From the NCBI GenBank assembly GCA_050253075.1, contig JBFWJS010000001.1:256001-320000 (forward strand): a stretch of 64,000 bases of DNA, written 5' to 3'. Below the pieces are notes generated by a model. That model had not been told where the DNA came from, did no database searches, and worked only from the letters and a program-made list of their open reading frames with translations. Shown one piece after another: positions 61,390-64,000 of the stretch (position 1 is its first letter; each line of letters starts with the position of its first letter). The DNA is from Deferribacterales bacterium (lineage in GTDB: Bacteria > Chrysiogenota > Deferribacteres > Deferribacterales > Geovibrionaceae). Both the position numbers and the translations under genes were made by a program.

Positions 61390-61829
61390 CCTTTATATTT
61401 GGGATATTTCATGGAAATCTTCAATACTTTTATACCCTTTTCACCTTATTATCACATTTGAAAGTGGTGAAATCATATCAAATCCGTCTGAATCATTGAA
61501 TATCCCGATAGGTTTTCACTTTAGCCAGAGTGTAACTAAAACCAAACTTTTATATAAATAATGAATAATTGATAAAAATAACAAAAATAATTTTTTCAAC
61601 ATTTCGACAACTCTCAACGCCTTTTTATATTTTAAGTGCCTAGTAAAATTAGAATATATTTTAGAACTATTGTTCTATAAAACCACACCCATAAAACCTT
61701 TAAAATTTATAATAAAACAGCGTATCTAAACACTTGTTTTGTCATTGCACTGCCCAGTTTTGTTTTGTATCATTATTACTAATAGAAACACCATCTAGGC
61801 AAAAGCATCAGCTTTTCACGGAGGACGGC

Positions 61830-62816
61830 ATGCCTGATCTTAATACCAGCTTTATGGGTATTCCGCTGAAAAACCCTGTAATAGTGGGCAGCAGCACACT
61901 GACAGACACCCCTGAGAAAATTCAGGAACTGGAAAAGTGCGGTGCGGCGGCCGTCGTCCTTAAGTCCCTCTTTGAGGAAGAAGTGCGCAGCATGAACAAC
62001 TCTGCCAAATGCTGTAACTTCCACCCCGAGGCATACTATTACGACATTAGCGATGCGGGCATGCTGTACGGCATATCCGACTATCTCAGGCTGATAAAAG
62101 AGGCGAAGCAGGCGGCTAACATCCCCGTGATAGCCAGCATCTGCTGTGAGAATGCCGCATGGTGGTCCTCATACCCCGAACGCATAGCCAAAGCCGGAGC
62201 AGACGCCATAGAGCTGAACATCAACATGCTCTCCATGAATGCGAAGAAAGCTCCGTCTGAGATATATAAAGACACGCTGAACATCATAGAAACAGTGAAA
62301 AAGAGCACAAATATACCTTTTTCGGTGAAGCTGTCGCCCTATTGCTGTTCCATCCCGTATCTGGTGAAGATGCTGAAGGAAGCGGGCGTATACGGCGTCA
62401 CACTCTTTTCACGCCTTTTTGAAATGGGGATAAATCTCGAAGAGCTCGAGTGCGAACCCGCCAGCTATTACAGCAGCCCTGTGGAAACATATAAGGTGCT
62501 CAGATGGATAAATGTCGTCACCGAGCAGGTGGACATTGAGATATGCGGCAGCACAGGCGTGCACTCCGCCACCGAAGCATTACAGCACATACTCGCAGGC
62601 GCAGGAGCCGTGCAGATGGTATCCGCCATATATCAAAACGGCGCAGAGGTCATCACGCAGACTGTCGAAGGCATTGAAAAATATATGTATGACAAACAGT
62701 TTCAGAATATAAACGAACTCAAAGGATTTCTACGCACCAAACATAAAGACTTCGATCTGGTTTACTTCAATTCCCTGACTCACGATAGGTTCCAGCTCGA
62801 CAGTCATATGGGCTAG
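61830..62816 (+). CDS. Dihydroorotate dehydrogenase-like FMN protein
   Basis: LKNPV, AVVLKSLFEE, ADAIELN, VKLSPY, AGAGAVQ; GGAGG SD. Confidence 0.85.
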   Translation: MPDLNTSFMGIPLKNPVIVGSSTLTDTPEKIQELEKCGAAAVVLKSLFEEEVRSMNNSAKCCNFHPEAYYYDISDAGMLYGISDYLRLIKEAKQAANIPVIASICCENAAWWSSYPERIAKAGADAIELNINMLSMNAKKAPSEIYKDTLNIIETVKKSTNIPFSVKLSPYCCSIPYLVKMLKEAGVYGVTLFSRLFEMGINLEELECEPASYYSSPVETYKVLRWINVVTEQVDIEICGSTGVHSATEALQHILAGAGAVQMVSAIYQNGAEVITQTVEGIEKYMYDKQFQNINELKGFLRTKHKDFDLVYFNSLTHDRFQLDSHMG

Positions 62817-62852
62817 AAATGTCATTATAGACCTGTTTCCCGATTTCCTAAC

Positions 62853-62885
62853 AAAAAGGGGGTGCATCCCTTAGCACCCCCCGAT
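62853..62885 (-). terminator. Terminator between convergent genes
   Basis: GGGGGTGC...GCACCCCC stem with U tract on minus strand. Confidence 0.8.
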
Positions 62886-63329
62886 TTACTGTTCTGTAGT
62901 TATCTTTTCGCCGAATTCAGCGGCAAATTTCTTTATCAGCTTCCTGACCTCTTTCTTCCCTGCTTTTTCATAGGCTTCGTCAGGAGTCATCCATTTACGC
63001 TTTCGCAGGTCTTCCTCGGGCCAGTCTTTGTAAACCTTTGACACCAGCATGGGAAAGACTGTCACGGTACACTTACCGCCCCATTTCTCGGATTCATATC
63101 CGCCTATGGGCTCGTCCCATACACGTCCGAAGACACCCGCCTCTTCGTATGCTTCCTGTGCGGCGGATTCCTGCGGAGACATATAGGGCTCTATCACCCC
63201 TTTTGGTATTATCCACTTCTGCTTTTTACTGCTGGTGATAAGGAGTATCTGGAGCACGCCGTCCTTTACCCTGTATGGTATTACTCCTGATTGTCTGTAA
63301 AAATATTCGGGTACCGGGCTGAATTCCAT
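62886..63329 (-). CDS. NUDIX hydrolase (DIPP-like subfamily)
   Basis: ILLITS, WIIPKG, SAAQEAYEEAG. Confidence 0.9.
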   Translation of the reverse strand: MEFSPVPEYFYRQSGVIPYRVKDGVLQILLITSSKKQKWIIPKGVIEPYMSPQESAAQEAYEEAGVFGRVWDEPIGGYESEKWGGKCTVTVFPMLVSKVYKDWPEEDLRKRKWMTPDEAYEKAGKKEVRKLIKKFAAEFGEKITTEQ

Positions 63330-63788
63330 CTATAACCCCTTTACTGCGAGATTTTTATTTTTATAACGGCTGTCCTTTGTGACCTCTGTGCCAAACCATG
63401 CGGGCACGTCGAAGCTGTCTGCGCTGCTGAGGGAAGGGAACTCCACCTCGGCTAGCACCAGTCCTTTCAGGTCACCGCTGAAAACATCCAGCTCACAGAC
63501 CAATCCGCCGGAGAGGGGTATCTTATAGCGTACTTTTTCAACCCTGCGCCCCGCCGTAAAAGGCCAGAATTTCTCGAATTCATCCTCGGTGATCTGTATC
63601 TCGGATTCCATTCTTTCGATGTCTCCGCCTGACTTCACCGTGATGTAGAACATTTCACCCTTTTCACGGATGCGCACTTCGCTGCCGTTTTCATCAAGGG
63701 CGATGTATCCCTGACGTATCTCCACGCTGGATGTAGGCATGGGCATTTTCGTCTTATCCGCCAGGAACTTTCTCTCTATTTCATTCAT
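63330..63788 (-). CDS. CYTH domain protein (triphosphate tunnel metalloenzyme)
   Basis: EIERKFL, VRIR, EKVRY, ELDVF, AEVEF. Confidence 0.93.
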   Translation of the reverse strand: MNEIERKFLADKTKMPMPTSSVEIRQGYIALDENGSEVRIREKGEMFYITVKSGGDIERMESEIQITEDEFEKFWPFTAGRRVEKVRYKIPLSGGLVCELDVFSGDLKGLVLAEVEFPSLSSADSFDVPAWFGTEVTKDSRYKNKNLAVKGL

Positions 63789-63800
63789 ATCTATATCCCT

Positions 63801-64000
63801 TTAAAGCTCTTTAAATACTTTTTTAATATGTTCGTAAAGGTACTCTATCACCTGAGTATTACCGCTTTTATGCAGAGTGATGGGCACATGTGGCAGCTCA
63901 GGGAAGCCCTCTTTGTGTCCGAGCTGTCTGTAGTCCCCCTCTCGGAAGACCCTGCTGAGCACGGGCGAGACAGCCATGCCCGACTTCACAGCACTGCGGA
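63801..64000 (-). CDS. Probable LysR-family regulator, C-terminal end (5' part outside window)
   Basis: AVKSGMAVSPV...FPELP.V.I.L resembles the end of a LysR substrate-binding domain. Confidence 0.6.
   Translation of the reverse strand, partial: RSAVKSGMAVSPVLSRVFREGDYRQLGHKEGFPELPHVPITLHKSGNTQVIEYLYEHIKKVFKEL

Noticed and set aside
1..64000. CRISPR array, prophage, IS transposase, tRNA/rRNA, defence systems
   Set aside because: No regularly spaced repeats or hallmark genes seen; nearly all sequence is explained by the listed genes (by-eye scan only)

Overview
Mostly core chromosome of an anaerobic Gram-negative bacterium. Gene content (sucrose synthase cluster, HDOD protein, Csd4/Csd6-like shape enzymes) suggests a Deferribacterota member such as a Denitrovibrio relative, which is inference only. 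About 60 CDS: sixA-CHAD, satP, TPP riboswitch-thiC-thiE-thiL, rsmF-LD-peptidase-M99 peptidase-acyP, trkAH-hypF, parAB-bactofilin-tpiA-secG-opp, znuCB, fur/feoA, lnt-tatA-truA, pheA-hisC-aroF-tyrA-aroA-cmk-ispH-rpsA, pfkB-sps-sus, and CYTH-NUDIX. No prophage, transposase, CRISPR array, rRNA or tRNA was seen. Best candidate for an undescribed system: a divergent lipid locus (26.0-31.7 kb) in which a PHP-phosphoesterase/GT4 fusion and a radical SAM enzyme face an OlsB-like/OlsA-like acyltransferase pair across Pho-box-like 11-bp-phased repeats on both strands. Other leads: a Fur-boxed pair of small paralogous proteins, a hidden minus-strand structured transcript with a 10-aa ORF at 52.5 kb, a palindromic repeat family with one related half-copy translated inside thiL, a degenerate PaaK-like pseudo-enzyme, a sigma54 envelope module, and several apparently leaderless genes.
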